Part shown: positions 40,697 through 53,984 of the stretch, in pieces
How positions within the stretch are numbered: the stretch's first letter is position 1
Layout of the letters: each line of letters opens with the position of its first letter
From: Felis catus
Lineage: Eukaryota
DNA length: 64,000 nucleotides
Direction of reading: 5' to 3'
Assembly (NCBI RefSeq): GCF_018350175.1
Contig: NC_058368.1
Coordinates: 97,838,001 to 97,902,000 of the forward strand
The notes under the pieces: model-generated
What the model was told of the DNA's origin: nothing
What the model saw: the letters and a program-made list of their open reading frames with translations, nothing else
Database searches by the model: none
Made by a program: the position numbers and the translations under genes

Positions 40697-42255
40697 ATAT
40701 TAGAGATTTTGATTTCTTAACCTTGAGGCATTTATAGGTTTAGGTTCTGGTTTGCTTGCTTATAGGGGCTGCTAAGGTATCAGACGTTGATCTCATGGTT
40801 CTTTATATTGCTTCTTTGAAGAGAAATTCTCTCATGGACACAGACTGTGCCCCTACCCCTCACCTGCTGTTTCTCAAACGTGTGTAGTTAATTACAAGGG
40901 AATTTGAGTGAGAAAATGGATGATTCAGTACCTGCCCATCCCACTTACAAGGAAAGTAACACAAATCATATACCCAGTGGTTCAGTAGTTTGAATTACTC
41001 CAATATTTGAAGAGCAGCACATAATTAAATTCTAAGATTCAAGAATCATACTTCTTTTAGTGGGAACGCCTGCATCAGTTAAGAGTTGGGATGAACACAG
41101 CCCACTAGGGAGCTTCATTATAACCCTGTGTACAGTTTAAATTGTAGAAAAAGAAGAGAAGGAGGTGATATTACCAATGTCAGCCCATTTTCTCAGGCCA
41201 CACTAGCCTGGAGTTTTAAAAGGGGTCACACGAGTGGTTATAACCCTTATTTGTAGCTTTTGATCCCTTTGATGGTATGAACCTCTGTGCCTCCCCACCC
41301 ACCCCTCAGCAGAGTCCCCAAGGGTTGTCTTCTACATGCTCTCTAGTTCTTTCTACCACCCATGGGGGTCATGATGTGTTTCCTTCCTCTCCTGCTTCAG
41401 TGTCATTTGGAGAAAACTGGCTGTCCTCTGAGGGAACACAGATTTTGCTCTGTTGGCAGCCTCCCCTGGTACCATTCTTGCCCCCGCCTCTGATTCTGTT
41501 CTTGGGGTTCTTAACGTAAGCCAGGCAGAAGGATATAGTGTGGTCTTCCCCTTTGGGGATAAGTGTGGATTTCAAGGCAGGGCAAGGTTGTTAGCATGTT
41601 TCCATTTTATTTTCAGAAGTTCAAGCCCTTTCTTTTTAGCCCTGAGAGGTGAGTCTGTGAGGGGAGGTAGGTCACAGGCAAAACTGGGAAACATTAAAAG
41701 CTGTCTAAAGACCATCACTTTATCTTCCCCTTGGTTCTTAATGAAAATATTTATTAGCATTTCCTGGCAGACTATTACCTATTCACTGCCAGAGGGGTCC
41801 AGAATCTCAGCACAAAGTAGAACCTAGGTTAAGCTTGGGGCACACAAAATATCAATACTTCGTGCTCAACCCGGGTTGATTTTTTTCACCCCTTCTATTT
41901 TCTGTTCTCTCTTTCTTGTAGTCTCCTGTTTCCTTTGGCTAATTGATTTTTTTTTTTAATCCTAAATTCATGAAGTGAGAGCTGCTTTGAAAGGCCAAAC
42001 TCCTTAGGTCAGATCTATCTTCCTGACTGAAGGAGAGGAAATGAGAGAAACCCACTGAAGCAAAGGTATGTGTGGCCATTGAGAAGAGGAACATCCTACT
42101 TCCCCCTGGAAGTGAGTGACACCAGAGCAGTAGGAACGCATTGTCATTCCTAGGGCTAAGGAGTAAGGAATGTGGAACTCGGGGGTATTGTGTGTACAAA
42201 ACAAAATGAATCTGAACTGTGCTGTAAAAGCGGTGTTTAAAATTAACCAAGGTTA

Positions 42256-42435
42256 GGGGTGCCTGGGTGGCTCAGTTGGTTGAGTGTCTGACTTCGGCTC
42301 AGGTCATGATCTCACAGCTTGTGAGTTCAAGCCCCACGTTGGGCTCTGTGCTGCCAGCACAGAGCCTGCTTCTGATCCTCTGTCCCCCTTTCTCTCTGTC
42401 CCTCCCCTGCTTGCACTCTCTCAAAAATATGTAAA
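42256..42435 (+). mobile_element. Can-SINE with an L1 inserted in its tail
   Basis: Head and body end at ctctctcaaaaatatgtaaac. Confidence 0.9.
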
Positions 42436-42437
42436 CT

Positions 42438-42772
42438 TTTGTAGCAACGTGGATGGAACTGGAGAGTGTGATGCTAAGTGAAGTGAGCCATACAGAGAAA
42501 GACAGATACCATATGGTTTCACTCTTATGTGGATCCTGAGAAACTTAACAGGAACCCATGGGGGAGGGGAAGGAAAAAAAAAAAAGAAAAAGGTTAGAGT
42601 GGGAGAGAGCCAAAGCATAAGAGACTGTTAAAAACTGAGAACAAACTGAGGGTTGATGGGGGGTGGGAGGGAGGAGAGGATGGGTGATGGGTATTGAGGA
42701 GGGCACCTTTTGGGATGAGCACTGGGTGTTGTATGGAAACCAATTTGTCAATAAATTTCATATAAAAAAAAC
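42438..42772 (+). mobile_element. 5'-truncated felid L1 3' end
   Basis: Homologous to 13600-13917; flanked by taaactttt on both sides. Confidence 0.92.
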
Positions 42773-43029
42773 CATAAACTTTTTAAAAAAAGAGGGAGGG
42801 GGATAAAACTAACCAAAGGATACACAGCTCTTTGAATCAATTCACAGGTGGCACAAGTTCCTGAGTTTATTGCCCCTGTTTTACTGTCCAGAGTGAGGTG
42901 AATATTCCTTACTCTGAATTGGGACTCCTGGGAATGTTGTTGGGAAGACCTTTTCTCCCTTGACATTGCAAGCATCTCCCCAAACTGTCCTGAGCCCATG
43001 TCTTTTCTTTACTCTCTCTTAAAGAAAAA

Positions 43030-44125
43030 CAACTTTTTAAAAATTCAAGTAAAATGAACATGCAGTGTTATATTAGTTTCAGGCATACAGTATAATGGTT
43101 CAATAGTTCTATACATTTCTCTGTGTTCATCACGATAAGTGTGCTCTTTTTCTTTTAAGTTCATTTATTTTTGAAAGAGAGAGAACAAGCGAGGGGCAGA
43201 GAGACAGGAGGCCAGAGGATCTGAAGCCATCTCTGTATTGACAGCAGAGAACCCCAGGTGGGGCTCAAACTCACAAACCATGAAATCATGACATGAGTGG
43301 AAGTCGAACGCTTAACTGACTGAGCCACCCAGGTGCCCCATGATAAGGGTACTCTTAAAATTTTTTTTTAAAAATATTTATTTATTTTTGAGACAGAGAG
43401 AGAGAGGCAGAGCACGCGCAGGGGAGGGGCAGAGAGAGAGGAAGACACAGAACCCAAAGCAGGCTCCAGTCTCTGGGCTGTCGGCACAAAGCCCAACGTG
43501 GGGCTGGAACTCACGAACCACCAGATCATGACCTGAGCTGAAGTCGGACGATCAACTGTGAGCCACCCAGGTGCGCTCATAAGTTTACTTTTAATCCCTT
43601 TCATCTATTTTACCCACCTCCTGGTCTACCATCCGTCTCCCATCTGGTAACCACCAGTATGTTCTCTGTATTTCAGAGTCTTTGTTTCTTTTTCCCTTTG
43701 TTCATTTGTTGTGTTTCTTAAATTCCACATATGAGTGAAATCATATGGTGTTTGTCTCTGACTTATTTCACTTTGCATAACACCCTCTAGCTTCATCCAT
43801 GTTGTTGCAAGTGGCATTGTCTAGCTCTTTTTTTATGGTTGCGTAATATAAGCATATGCCACATCTCCTTTATTCATTCATCAGTTGATGGACACTTGGG
43901 TTGTTCCTCTATCTTGGCTTCTATAAATAATGCTGCAGTAAACATAAGTGTGTATGTGTCTTTTCGAATGAGTACTTTTGTATTCCTTGAGGAAATACCC
44001 AGTAGTAGAGTTAATGGATTATATGGTAATTCTATTTTTAATTTTTTGAGGAACCTCCGTATTGTTTTCCCCAGTAGCCGCGTCCGTTTGCATTCCTGTC
44101 AGCTCTGTGCAAAGATTCCTTTTTG
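43030..44125 (-). mobile_element. Carnivore L1 3' fragment with two nested Can-SINEs (43148-43339, 43360-43577)
   Basis: Minus ORF MPLATTWMKLEGVMQSEISQ; tcattcatcagttgatggacacttgggttg motif. Confidence 0.9.
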
Positions 44126-44217
44126 TTCAAGTCACAAAGAGGATCAGATGCCACCTGACAGTTTGAACTCTGTAGAAAGGTATTTCTTAAGGTAAGATAC
44201 ATGCATGCATGCATACA

Positions 44218-44219
44218 TT

Positions 44220-44283
<64 letters not shown>

Positions 44284-44467
44284 TATTGTTTCATTTTAGC
44301 ACGAATAGGGGAGGGTTAGAGAGAGCAGGAGATACAGATTCGGAAGCAGGATCCAGGCTCTGAGATGTCAGCACAGAGCCTGACGTGGGGCTCGAACTCA
44401 CAAACTGTGAGATCATGACCTGAGCCCACGTCGGATGCTTAACCGACTGAGCTGTCCAGGCGCCCCT
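44218..44467 (-). mobile_element. Can-SINE with (TTTA)n tail
   Basis: Seen directly. Confidence 0.9.
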
Positions 44468-44584
44468 GATCTCTCCTTCTTTAAAGCTCTGAGTATATAA
44501 TTGTGGAAAAGGTCCTCCTACCCAAGGAGTTTCTTCAGACCCCAGTGCAAACTCTTTCATTTTGGGCAGAGGTGTTTTTGCTTA

Positions 44585-45010
44585 CATTTATTGAGCACTA
44601 CCTATGTGCCAGATGTCAAGTCGCTGTGCAAGGCACTCTTTACATGGGTCATTAATCCTTAATCATGATGATGGTAACAGATATATAGCACCCCCCTGTG
44701 CCGGACACTGTTCTAATCTGTTTACATATATTCACTCATTTGAATCCTCATCATAAACCCTGTGCAGTGCTACTTTTACAATCTTCATTGTGCAGAGGAC
44801 CACCCAAGCCTTCCAGAAGTAACAAACACAAACAGACCTGCCCAAGGTCTGACCATTGATCTCAGCTCTTCATAAAACAGGGCAGGACAATGATCCTCTC
44901 TTTACAGATGAGGACGTTGGGGTTCTCGCAGCCTGAGGGAAACTGCTCAAGGTTAAGAGCAAGTACACAGCACACCTGCAAACCAAACTCACATCTTCCT
45001 CGTTCCCGAG
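44585..45010 (-). mobile_element. MIR fragments
   Basis: catttattgagcactacctatgtgccaga; tttacagatgaggacgttgggg. Confidence 0.65.
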
Positions 45011-45707
45011 CCCAGATCATTTTCATTTCGCCGTTGTGTGTTCCCAGAGGCAATTCTGCCTTGTCATAAGCTGCAGACCGTGGCACTTTTGATGAAGGAA
45101 AAGTTTGCCAAATGAAAAGCAGATTAATGAGATATTTGGGATGCCTTGCAGTAAATAAATCTCTTTTGAAATTCTCATCTTCTCCCACTCAAATTGCTAA
45201 AGCCATAACAGTAACAATTACCTCAACCTGGTCGAGGCTGTGTGGGAGTGAACTCTTTGAATTTTATTGCTCAGGGTAGACACGGGAGACCAACAAAACT
45301 TCGCTGTAGCTTCCTGAGCCATAGGTCAGAAATTGAATATATCAGATGTTGGCTTTCCCCAGTAGCCTCCTATTGCCCCTCATGTGTTAGCTGTGTCTAG
45401 GAACATCATTACTTTAGGAGAGAAATAGAGCTTAAAACTAGGTCAGCATTAAAAATATTAGAAATGTCAATGCCAATCTGTTTTCCCGAAAAGCTGAAAC
45501 CTAAAGCATCATTTGACCATGGCTGCCTGAGACTTGAGGGGAGTCTTTTTTTTTTTATAATGGGTAACCTTAGATACTCCCTGGGAATTGTCAATATCCC
45601 TGGTATAACTGAGATTTCAGAATAGAAATGCAATTATTTCTGTGTGATATAGAACTGAATTTGAAGCCAGATGCTCACATATATATTCAAGAAGGAAGTT
45701 TGTGATG

Positions 45708-45940
45708 TGGTGCCTGGGTGTCTCAGCTGGTTGAGTGTCTGACTCTTGATTTCTGCTCAGGTCATGATCTCATGGTCTTGAGTTTGAGCCCTGCCTTGGG
45801 CTCTGCAGGATAGTGTGGACCCTGCTTGGGATTCTCTCTCTCCCTCTCTCTCTCTCTGTCCTTCTCCCCCACTCACGTGCATGTGTTCTCTCTCTCTCTC
45901 TTTCTCTCTCTCTCTCAAAATAAATGAACATTTAAAAGAA
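45708..45940 (+). mobile_element. Can-SINE
   Basis: TSD gaaggaagtttgtg. Confidence 0.9.
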
Positions 45941-46627
45941 TGAAGGAAGTTTGTGTCTACTCATGCTAGGCGTCAAGGTGCTGAGGGATATGAGGATAAA
46001 CAAGAGTTTGTCTCTTTCTCTCAGGGCTACTAATCGATTAAGAGAAATAAGATGTAATTAGTAATGATCTGTGCTCTGAGGGGAAACAAGCCATTTAGTT
46101 TTTATCTACCATAGACCAGGTATTACATCAAGCACTTTAAGGACATGGCAGGATAGGAGGATTATCTCCATTTCTAGGGGAGGAAACTGAGGCTCAGAGT
46201 AAGTTGCCTGGGCCATTTGATAAATGCGGCTCTGACTCAAACTCAGGTAGTTCTAAAGACTGACCTGAGTTCCTTCCCTGACATTCAGCTCTTAACTAGA
46301 CAGGATACCATTTGACCTTGAATGGCTTACCTTTTCAGGTATCCCTTCATGAGATTTAAAGGCTTAGGCAGTCAGCTCATCAAGTTGCATAAAATTTAGA
46401 GATGACCATTTTTTGACTTGGGGACGTTTTGAAGAATCCTGGCCAAATCAAACAATTGTCAGGTTTTTAAAAGGAATATGCAAAACAGAAAACTTCATTC
46501 ATGCTTTTATGTTTGTGGAGTGGGACTTATGGATGGGCTCTGGGTAGGGGACGGAAAGGGTCTGGATACCATTTGGCTATATTACTTGGTAACAAATAAT
46601 GGTTTTGAATTGCAATGTGGTTATTTC

Positions 46628-46671
46628 AGAGTGGCCAAGTCAGCTCAGTAGAGTGGCCAAGTCAGCTCAGT
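46628..46671. repeat. Perfect 22-bp tandem duplication
   Basis: agagtggccaagtcagctcagt twice. Confidence 0.95.
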
Positions 46672-46757
46672 AGGACTGAACAGTTTGACATGCCTACCTA
46701 AAACTGGGTGTGGGAGAGATATCTGTGATAAGGGAAGTAAGAGCCCCATCCCACGTT

Positions 46758-47030
46758 GCCTTGGTTAGACCTTAGTTGGAAAACACTACATTCAGTTCTG
46801 GGGAATGCACATTAGGGCAAAAAGTAACTAGGACACTTTCAGGAGAAAGATGAATGGCAAAGAGGAAATGAACCCTGGATGTTTGGAAGAATAGGGTTTT
46901 GTTGTTGAAGAAAAGATTTGAAGAGCTGAGATAACAGTCTTCAAAAATTAGAAGGACTGTCTTAATGGAGGGATGCAGATTTGTTATTTGTGGCCCCAAG
47001 GGATGCAACGAGAAACAGCAACCTCTGGGA
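46758..47030 (+). mobile_element. L3/CR1 LINE ORF2 3' remnant
   Basis: gccttggttagaccttagttggaa..ttcagttctgg (like ALVRPHLEYCVQFW); cagtcttcaaaaattagaaggactgtc. Confidence 0.7.
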
Positions 47031-47062
47031 AAGTAGATGTGTCCTTACAAGGAAGTGCTTCC

Positions 47063-47094
<32 letters not shown>

Positions 47095-47167
47095 ATATAT
47101 ATACATACATACACATATATATGTGTGTGTATATATATACATATACATATATATGTGTGTGTGTGTG

Positions 47168-47198
<31 letters not shown>
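47063..47198. repeat. Compound (TA)/(TG)/(CA) microsatellite
   Basis: Seen directly; lies at the L1 tail. Confidence 0.95.
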
Positions 47199-47762
47199 TT
47201 AAAATTTATATCCAAGTTAGCATATAGTGCAATAATGATTTCAGGTTTAGATTCTAGTGATTCGTGCCCTATGTATAACACCCAGTGCTCATCCCAATAA
47301 GTGTCTTCCTTAATGTCCCTTACCAATTTAGCTCATCCCCCCATGCACAACCCCTCCAGCAACCTGCAGTTTGTTTTCTGTGTTTGAGAGTCTCTTAGGT
47401 TTTGTCCCCCTCCCTGTTTTTACATTATTTTTGCTTCCCTTCCCTGCTATTCATCTGTTTTGTATCTTAAATTCCACATATGAATGAAGTCATATGATAT
47501 TGTTTTTCTCTGACTTATTTTGCTTAGCATAATGCCCTCTAGTTCCATTTACGTAGTTGGAAATGGCAAGATTTCATTCTTTTTGGTTGCCAAGTAATAC
47601 TCCAGTGTGTGTGTGTGTGTGTGTGTGTGTATCTATCACTTCTTCTTTATCCATTCATCTGTCAATGGATGTTTGGGCTCTTTCCATACTTTGGCTATTG
47701 TCAGTAGTGCTGCTATAAACATTGGGGTGCATGTGCCCCTTTGAAACAGCACACCTGTATCA
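47199..47762 (-). mobile_element. Carnivore L1 3' end
   Basis: acacccagtgctcatccca; ttcttctttatccattcatctgtcaatgga; ctataaacattggggtgcatgtgcccctt. Confidence 0.92.
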
Positions 47763-49373
47763 CAAGGAAGAGTCTTCTGTTATCCCCACCCAAATACAGA
47801 GAGTTGTTCTTTTCTTGTTTCTTTTGTTTTTTGGGGGACAGAAATGTTGGATACCTGGGCCTTAAGTTGTTGGAATACGAGCCAAGTAACTACTTGGTAG
47901 AGGAAATTCATTGCACAGGAAATTCAAGACAACCATTGAATTGGAGTACCATTGGGGACTGGATTTCACAGGCATCAAAGTTTTTTCCAACCCGGAGCAT
48001 CTCAGAAGCTACGGGACTGTCCTTTTAGACTTTGCCTCCACCTTGGTCACCATGGTTGGAATATGCTTTTAGCAGATGGATGGATGGACAGATGGGGAGA
48101 TGGCAGGCAGAGAATGGAAAGAATCCATGATGGATGGCAGGGGAGGGAAAGAATCCATAATGGCAGAGCAATTACTTCAGCCCTTCTCATTTGGTCTGCC
48201 ATTTCTATTTTCCCTTTCCTTTATATTCACAGACTTGCCTTAGACTGTGGGCATGTGGAGGGCTAATGCGTTAATCACGATCCTCAACTTAGCCCACCAT
48301 CTCATGCCACTGGGTTCTTAGAAATGATACTTGAAATGATTTTATCAAGTATCAAATCGGAGATCAAGTATTGTCACGCTCCAGCACTAAGACAATCTGA
48401 CTTGACTGCTTACATAAACTCTAGGTTTGTGAAACTTTTGGATGCCTCCTCTCTCTGGGGAAGACAGAACCTGAATTCTTTTCCAGATTTCAATGAGATG
48501 GAAATTTTGGGTCATCCAAGTGACAGAGAATCCATCAAAGGGTTTTATACACACTTGAAAGTACCTTTGAAAATTACTCATCTGCTAGTACACGGCTGCT
48601 GGCTCTGTGTCAGGTAGGAATGTTCAACTGTTTTGAGCCTCTACTGGCTTTTTATCCATATACACACTCAATGAGATTGACAGAAGGCTTTTGCTCACAG
48701 CCTGCAGCCGAACTCTTGTAGAGTCAACCAATAAATATCCCAGCAAAAAAAGTGGGAGCTGACCATTTTATCGCTTTCCCTGGGGCAAACACCATGGGCT
48801 AATGGCAACATGTAATCTTCAGTGACCTCACTTGTCACACCTAGAAGCAGGTTTCTCTTTAATCCATTACAGACCTGTAAATATCAGAGAAGCATAATTT
48901 ATAGACCAAGAGGCATTTTAAGTGTGGGATTTGTGGGAATTTCACATTCCCCTCCTCATTGAAGATATACCACCCATCTTTTGGCATGGACCCTGAGACC
49001 ATGAATCTCATTTAGTTCCATGAATTGATGTCAAAGGTGTTAGATTCACGGAGATTTTCAAAGCCCTACTAAATAGGTTTAGAGGGAGATATGGCTCCAT
49101 TAAGATTATTCCTTTTGACCAGGGTTTTTTCTAGGCACCAATAATCATCTAACTCTGCTTCATAAAGCTTGCTTCACTTGCTTACAGTTTATACTCCTAG
49201 CAGCTGAGTCCCTGGTGAGGTGTCCTTTCTAGTTGTGCATTTTACTGCAAACTCTGGGCTCTTTTATAATTAAACTTTGATTACTCTGGTTTTTTGAACT
49301 CCTTGAGTCTCATCTCAGTTTGTTAACATTGCTAATTTGCAATGGGTATATGTGTTTTGTGTTCTTTCTTTAA

Positions 49374-49656
49374 TTTTTTTTTTCAACGTTTATTTATTTT
49401 TGGGACAGAGAGAGACAGAGCATGAACGGGGGAGGGGCAGAGAGAGAGGGAGACACAGAACCGGAAACAGGCTCCAGGCTCCGAGCCAACAGCCCAGAGC
49501 CCGACGCGGGGCTCGAACTCAGGGACTGCGAGATCGTGACCTGGCTGAAGTCGGACGCTTAACCGACTGTGCCATCCAGGCGCCCCTTGTGTTCTTTCTT
49601 TAAAAAAAGTTTATTTATTTATTTTGCAAGAGAGAAAGAATGTGAGCCAGGGCTGG

Positions 49657-49692
<36 letters not shown>

Positions 49693-49819
49693 CCACAAAT
49701 AGGCTCTGCACTGCCAGCACAGAGCCCAAAGCAGGGCTTGATCTCACATACTGTGAGATCATGACATGAGCTGAAACCAAGAGTCAGTCCTTTGACTGAC
49801 CAACCTCCCCAGGAGCCCC
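49374..49819 (-). mobile_element. Young Can-SINE (49374-49586) inserted at the tail of an older SINE (49605-49819)
   Basis: TSD ttgtgttctttctttaa at 49357-49373 and 49587-49603. Confidence 0.93.
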
Positions 49820-50629
49820 TGTTTTATGTTCTTAATACATTGCTTCACCCTGGGACACCATCTCTGGAAGAGCTTGTCTGTTGCAAATTTCTGAAGAAGT
49901 TGAATATTTATTTTCGATACTTGCTCACCACCATGGCCAACATCTCTCTCCTTGCCAGATACCATCCTTTCTTTTCCCAATTTCCACATCCACATGAAAA
50001 AATGGCCCGCTTCTCAGCCTCTTTTCCCCTAGTCCTTCCTAACACAGGGGCTAATAATGGCTGAAATGACGGTAGTGCTTCTCAGAAGGTTTAAGTATTC
50101 AAAGGATCGAATCTCTATGGCTAAATTTTAGGCAATGGAAAAAATCATTTGAGAGGGAGATGAAGGGAGTTGGGTTGATGACACAGGATGACCAGGGCTC
50201 TCACTTTGGTTCAGGCATGTGGGTGTGGTGCCAATTCTGGGATAGATGCAGAGATAGCACTTCTGGGATGAGGAAAAGATACGTAACGGGTCAGGATATT
50301 GTTTGGTCTAGAGAAAAAGAAGATCCTGTGTTTTGGCATTTGATTTATTTGAGCTTTGTTTTTGGGGGTTGGGGGAGCCTGTAAGGGAGGTAGCTCATAC
50401 TAAGTGCAAGGAGCTGCAGAGATTCCAGAGATAAGGAATCATAGCCTCTTCTTCTCAAGGATTCATACCGTGTTGGGGGTGAATGAGACACACTCATTAA
50501 TAGACTGATCCAAAGGCAGGATATGAAAAGAGCTATCAGAGGTACGACTACCAGTGGTCCATTCTCATTAGGACACCTGGAGAGGCTTCTTTTCCAAAGT
50601 AGGATTTTAGTTCAACTTAAAAACAAATT

Positions 50630-50835
50630 GTACTTTGACAGACCTGTAAATACCCAGAACACACTGATGGTCTCACCAGAGGGGAGGGGGTGGGGGGATG
50701 GGCACAGTGGGTGAAGGGGAGAGGGAGGTACAGGCTTCCCATTATAGAATGAATGTCATGTGGATAAAAGGCACAGCATAGGGACTACAGTCAATGGTAT
50801 ATAATAGCGTCATATATGAAAACAAAAACAAAATA
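50630..50835 (+). mobile_element. L1 3'UTR fragment
   Basis: gaggtacaggcttcccattatagaatgaatgtcatgtggataaaaggcacagcatagggactacagtcaat. Confidence 0.8.
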
Positions 50836-52283
50836 CAAATTGCTCTTTGAAAATCTGTACTTTTGAAAGAAATGACTTGAGCAAGGAAGGTGCTCTGTTT
50901 GAGGTGGGGAAGTCTGGCCCCGTAGCGTGGAGATGAGAAGATAGGTGTTGTGTTGTTGCCTGGAAAACTCAACAGGGACCTTAATCGTGCAGAGCTTTGA
51001 ATACTGGGTTGAATGTTCTAGATTTTAAATCAGAAGCCATTTACAATTTGAGCAGGAGAACAATGCTCTTTCAGAAAATAACTATGACCAAGATGGGTTA
51101 AAGGCTGGGGATGATGTACTCATTGGTCTACAATTGGGGGAAGAGTGGAAGATTGCCTCTAATTAATTAGCGGTGCATTGTACCTTCAGGTGCAAAGTAA
51201 GCAGCCTATCTCAATGCAAAAATCTTCTTCCCGTGTATACATTCTTTTTCATCATGGAGCGAATGTTTTGCAGTGAAATTACCTTTAAGATACTAAGAAC
51301 AAAAGCTATTTGAAGCAAATGTTTCAGAACCCTTTGTTGCTTTGCACAGACCTGTGAGCAAATAGGATTCAGCTCAAGCATTTTCTGTAGTATTTGGTTC
51401 TGCAGGAGCTGTCAGGCTATTATCTAGATTTTTGTCTTGGCTAGACTCTGGCTCTTGCCACCATTATTATTCAAAGACCTGGAGTGTCAACAAGGAAATC
51501 AAAATAGCAACATGAGAGCCAAGAGTTTTTCCTCCTGTTGCTTGAAAAGTCTTGGAAAGATTGTTTCCTTTGTTTTCCTTGAATTCAGAATATAAAATCC
51601 TCCCAGACCTCTCCTCTTTACTGGGTCACACATTTCAAGAGGCAATGAAATTATTTTCCAGTTGTTTTTCAGTTTAAGGCAAGTGGCTTAGGAACTCCCA
51701 AGCCCTCCCTCTGTTGAGTCTATTTAGAAAAAAGAAACAAAACAAAAAATGAAGTAAATGCCATGTAATCCCAACTATATCATCCTGGTATAAAAATCCC
51801 AACATAGCATGGTAGGAAAAGGTGATGAATTTTTATCTAAGAGATCTGAATGCTAACTCTAGTTTTGTATGTGGCATGATAGTTTTGTTAGGTCTCATAT
51901 CTCATGGGGAGTGATTAGGATTTTTCTACATGATCTCTGTGCTATTCATTGGTACTGTTCAAGATTATTTTTGCCTAAGAAATTCAGAAGATGGGGAGAC
52001 ACTTAAGATTGTGATCAACAATTTTGGCTAGAGGCAATGTGTTACTTTTGGGACAGAACATTCAATGGCAGTGTGAAACTCCGGAATTCTTTGTCAGTGA
52101 AGGCTGATAGTGGTGGCTTTTATCCACCTGAATCCAGGAATGAGGACAATGAGAAGTAGAACTTTGGCCAGCCCACAGTGGTGCATACAAGGAGTAGGAA
52201 ATGAACTTTTATTATTTTAAGCTACTGTTTTTGGGGGAAGTTATTTGTTACAATAAAACAAGCTTATTCTTTAAAAATTTTTT

Positions 52284-52667
52284 TTCTTTTTTAAAAAAAA
52301 ATTTTTTTTTCAACGTTTATTTATTTTTGGGACAGAGAGAGACAGAGCATGAACGGGGGAGGGGCAGAGAGAGAGGGAGACACAGAATCGGAAACAGGCT
52401 CCAGGCTCTGAGCCATCAGCCCAGAGCCCGACGCGGGGCTCGAACTCACGGACCGCGAGATTGTGACCTGGCTGAAGTCGGACGCTTAACCGACTGCGCC
52501 ACCCAGGCGCCCCTATTCTTTAAAAATTTTTTAAAAATATTTATTTTTGAGAGAGACAGAGAGAGATGGAACATGAGCAGGGGAGGGGCAGAGAGAGAGA
52601 GAGAGGGAGACGGAATCTGAAGCAGTCTCTAGGCTCTGGGCTGTCATATGAGCAACCCAGGTGCCCC
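52284..52667 (-). mobile_element. Young Can-SINE (to 52513) nested in the tail of an internally deleted older SINE
   Basis: tattctttaaaaatttttt repeated on both sides of the young copy. Confidence 0.9.
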
Positions 52668-52885
52668 TAAGTTTATTCTAGACTGATATGGTCCCCAGAG
52701 AGTTTGACTGTGATGAATGCGGTAAAGAAGATGTTTCCTTTTCTTAAATTAAGATTTTACTAAGTTTTCTATAGATAAATGTTGTAGGTGCTTGGAGGGG
52801 AAGTAAGTTTTCTATCATTGGAAATAGTGAGATACAGACTAGGCAACTTCTTGAAGGCAGTGCTGTAGAAATTGAAGGTGGTTGT

Positions 52886-53650
52886 GTGATATAGTAAGAA
52901 ATAGGTATTTGCTCTTGGCACAGAGCTCCTAAAACTCTTGGAATTTCCTAAGTCATAAGAGCCATGAAGGTGGCTTTTGTTAATGACACGACTTTGGAAG
53001 CGCCCTTGGATAGAGACTGGTTCAGGGAACCAACCACATAAATAGAGGTTGGCACTTTCAGTCCCACCCTCAACTTCTGGGGAGGGGAGAGGGGCTGGAG
53101 GTTAGATCAGGCCTCACTGGCCAATGATTGCATCAATTGCGCCTATATAATGAAGCCTCCATAAAAACTGAAAAGGGCGGGATTCACAGAGATTTGGGGG
53201 AGATTTGGGGAGATTGGCATGGAAGCTTCATGCCCTTTCCCCATACCTTGTCTTATGCATCTCTTCCAACTGGCTGGTGGAAGTTCCTGAGTTATATCCT
53301 CTTAGAATAAGCTGGTAATCTAGTATGCAAAATGTTTCTCTGAGTTCTGTGGGTCACTCTAGCAAAATAGCTGAACTCAAGGTGGGGTAGGCTGTTGGAA
53401 CCTCCCAACTACAGCCAGTTGGTAAGAAGCACAGGTGACAGCTTGTGTCTGAGGTGTGTGTGTATGTGGAGCAGGGGTAGGTTGGGTGGGTTGGGGAAGT
53501 CATATAGGATTTACCCCTTACCCTGTGGAATCTGATGCTGTCTTGGGGTAGACAGTGTCCACATTGAATTGAATTGTAGAATGCACAGCTGGTGTTGGAG
53601 TATTGCTTGGGGAAGCCACTCCCTTGCACGTTAGAATTGGTGCCAGAATC
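52886..53650 (+). mobile_element. MER21-family ERVL solo LTR, inserted in an L3-like remnant
   Basis: tgtgatatagtaagaaataggtatttg..tggcacagagctcctaaaactcttggaatttccta; atgtttctctgagttctgtgggtcactctagcaaa. Confidence 0.85.
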
Positions 53651-53984
53651 TTAGATTCGATTAGAGATCTTCAAGGTCCTTCTAGCTGCTAGTCTAGCAG
53701 CTCCTGAGGATAACTTTTGAGTTTATGGAGTGTTTTTTTTTTCCAGTAACTTTCTTGCTCTCCCATGGATAGCCAAGAGGGTTTACTCAATGTGCCTTCC
53801 ATGGATACTTGCACAGGTGCTAAGAAAAATTTGTTTGGAGAAGCAAGCTAATTCTTTACCTGAATCCCATAGCCAGCCACCTCTATTTTTAAACAAGTAC
53901 TCCTAGTCCAGTTTTTTTTAATTAAACTGATTTTTAGTTAACTCAATTAAATAACTAGTTTAAATTAAGCTCACTTAACTAATT

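Noticed and set aside
48900..49330. Possible LTR 3' end (attaaac...tgttaaca)
   Set aside because: I could not assign a family or boundaries without a search.
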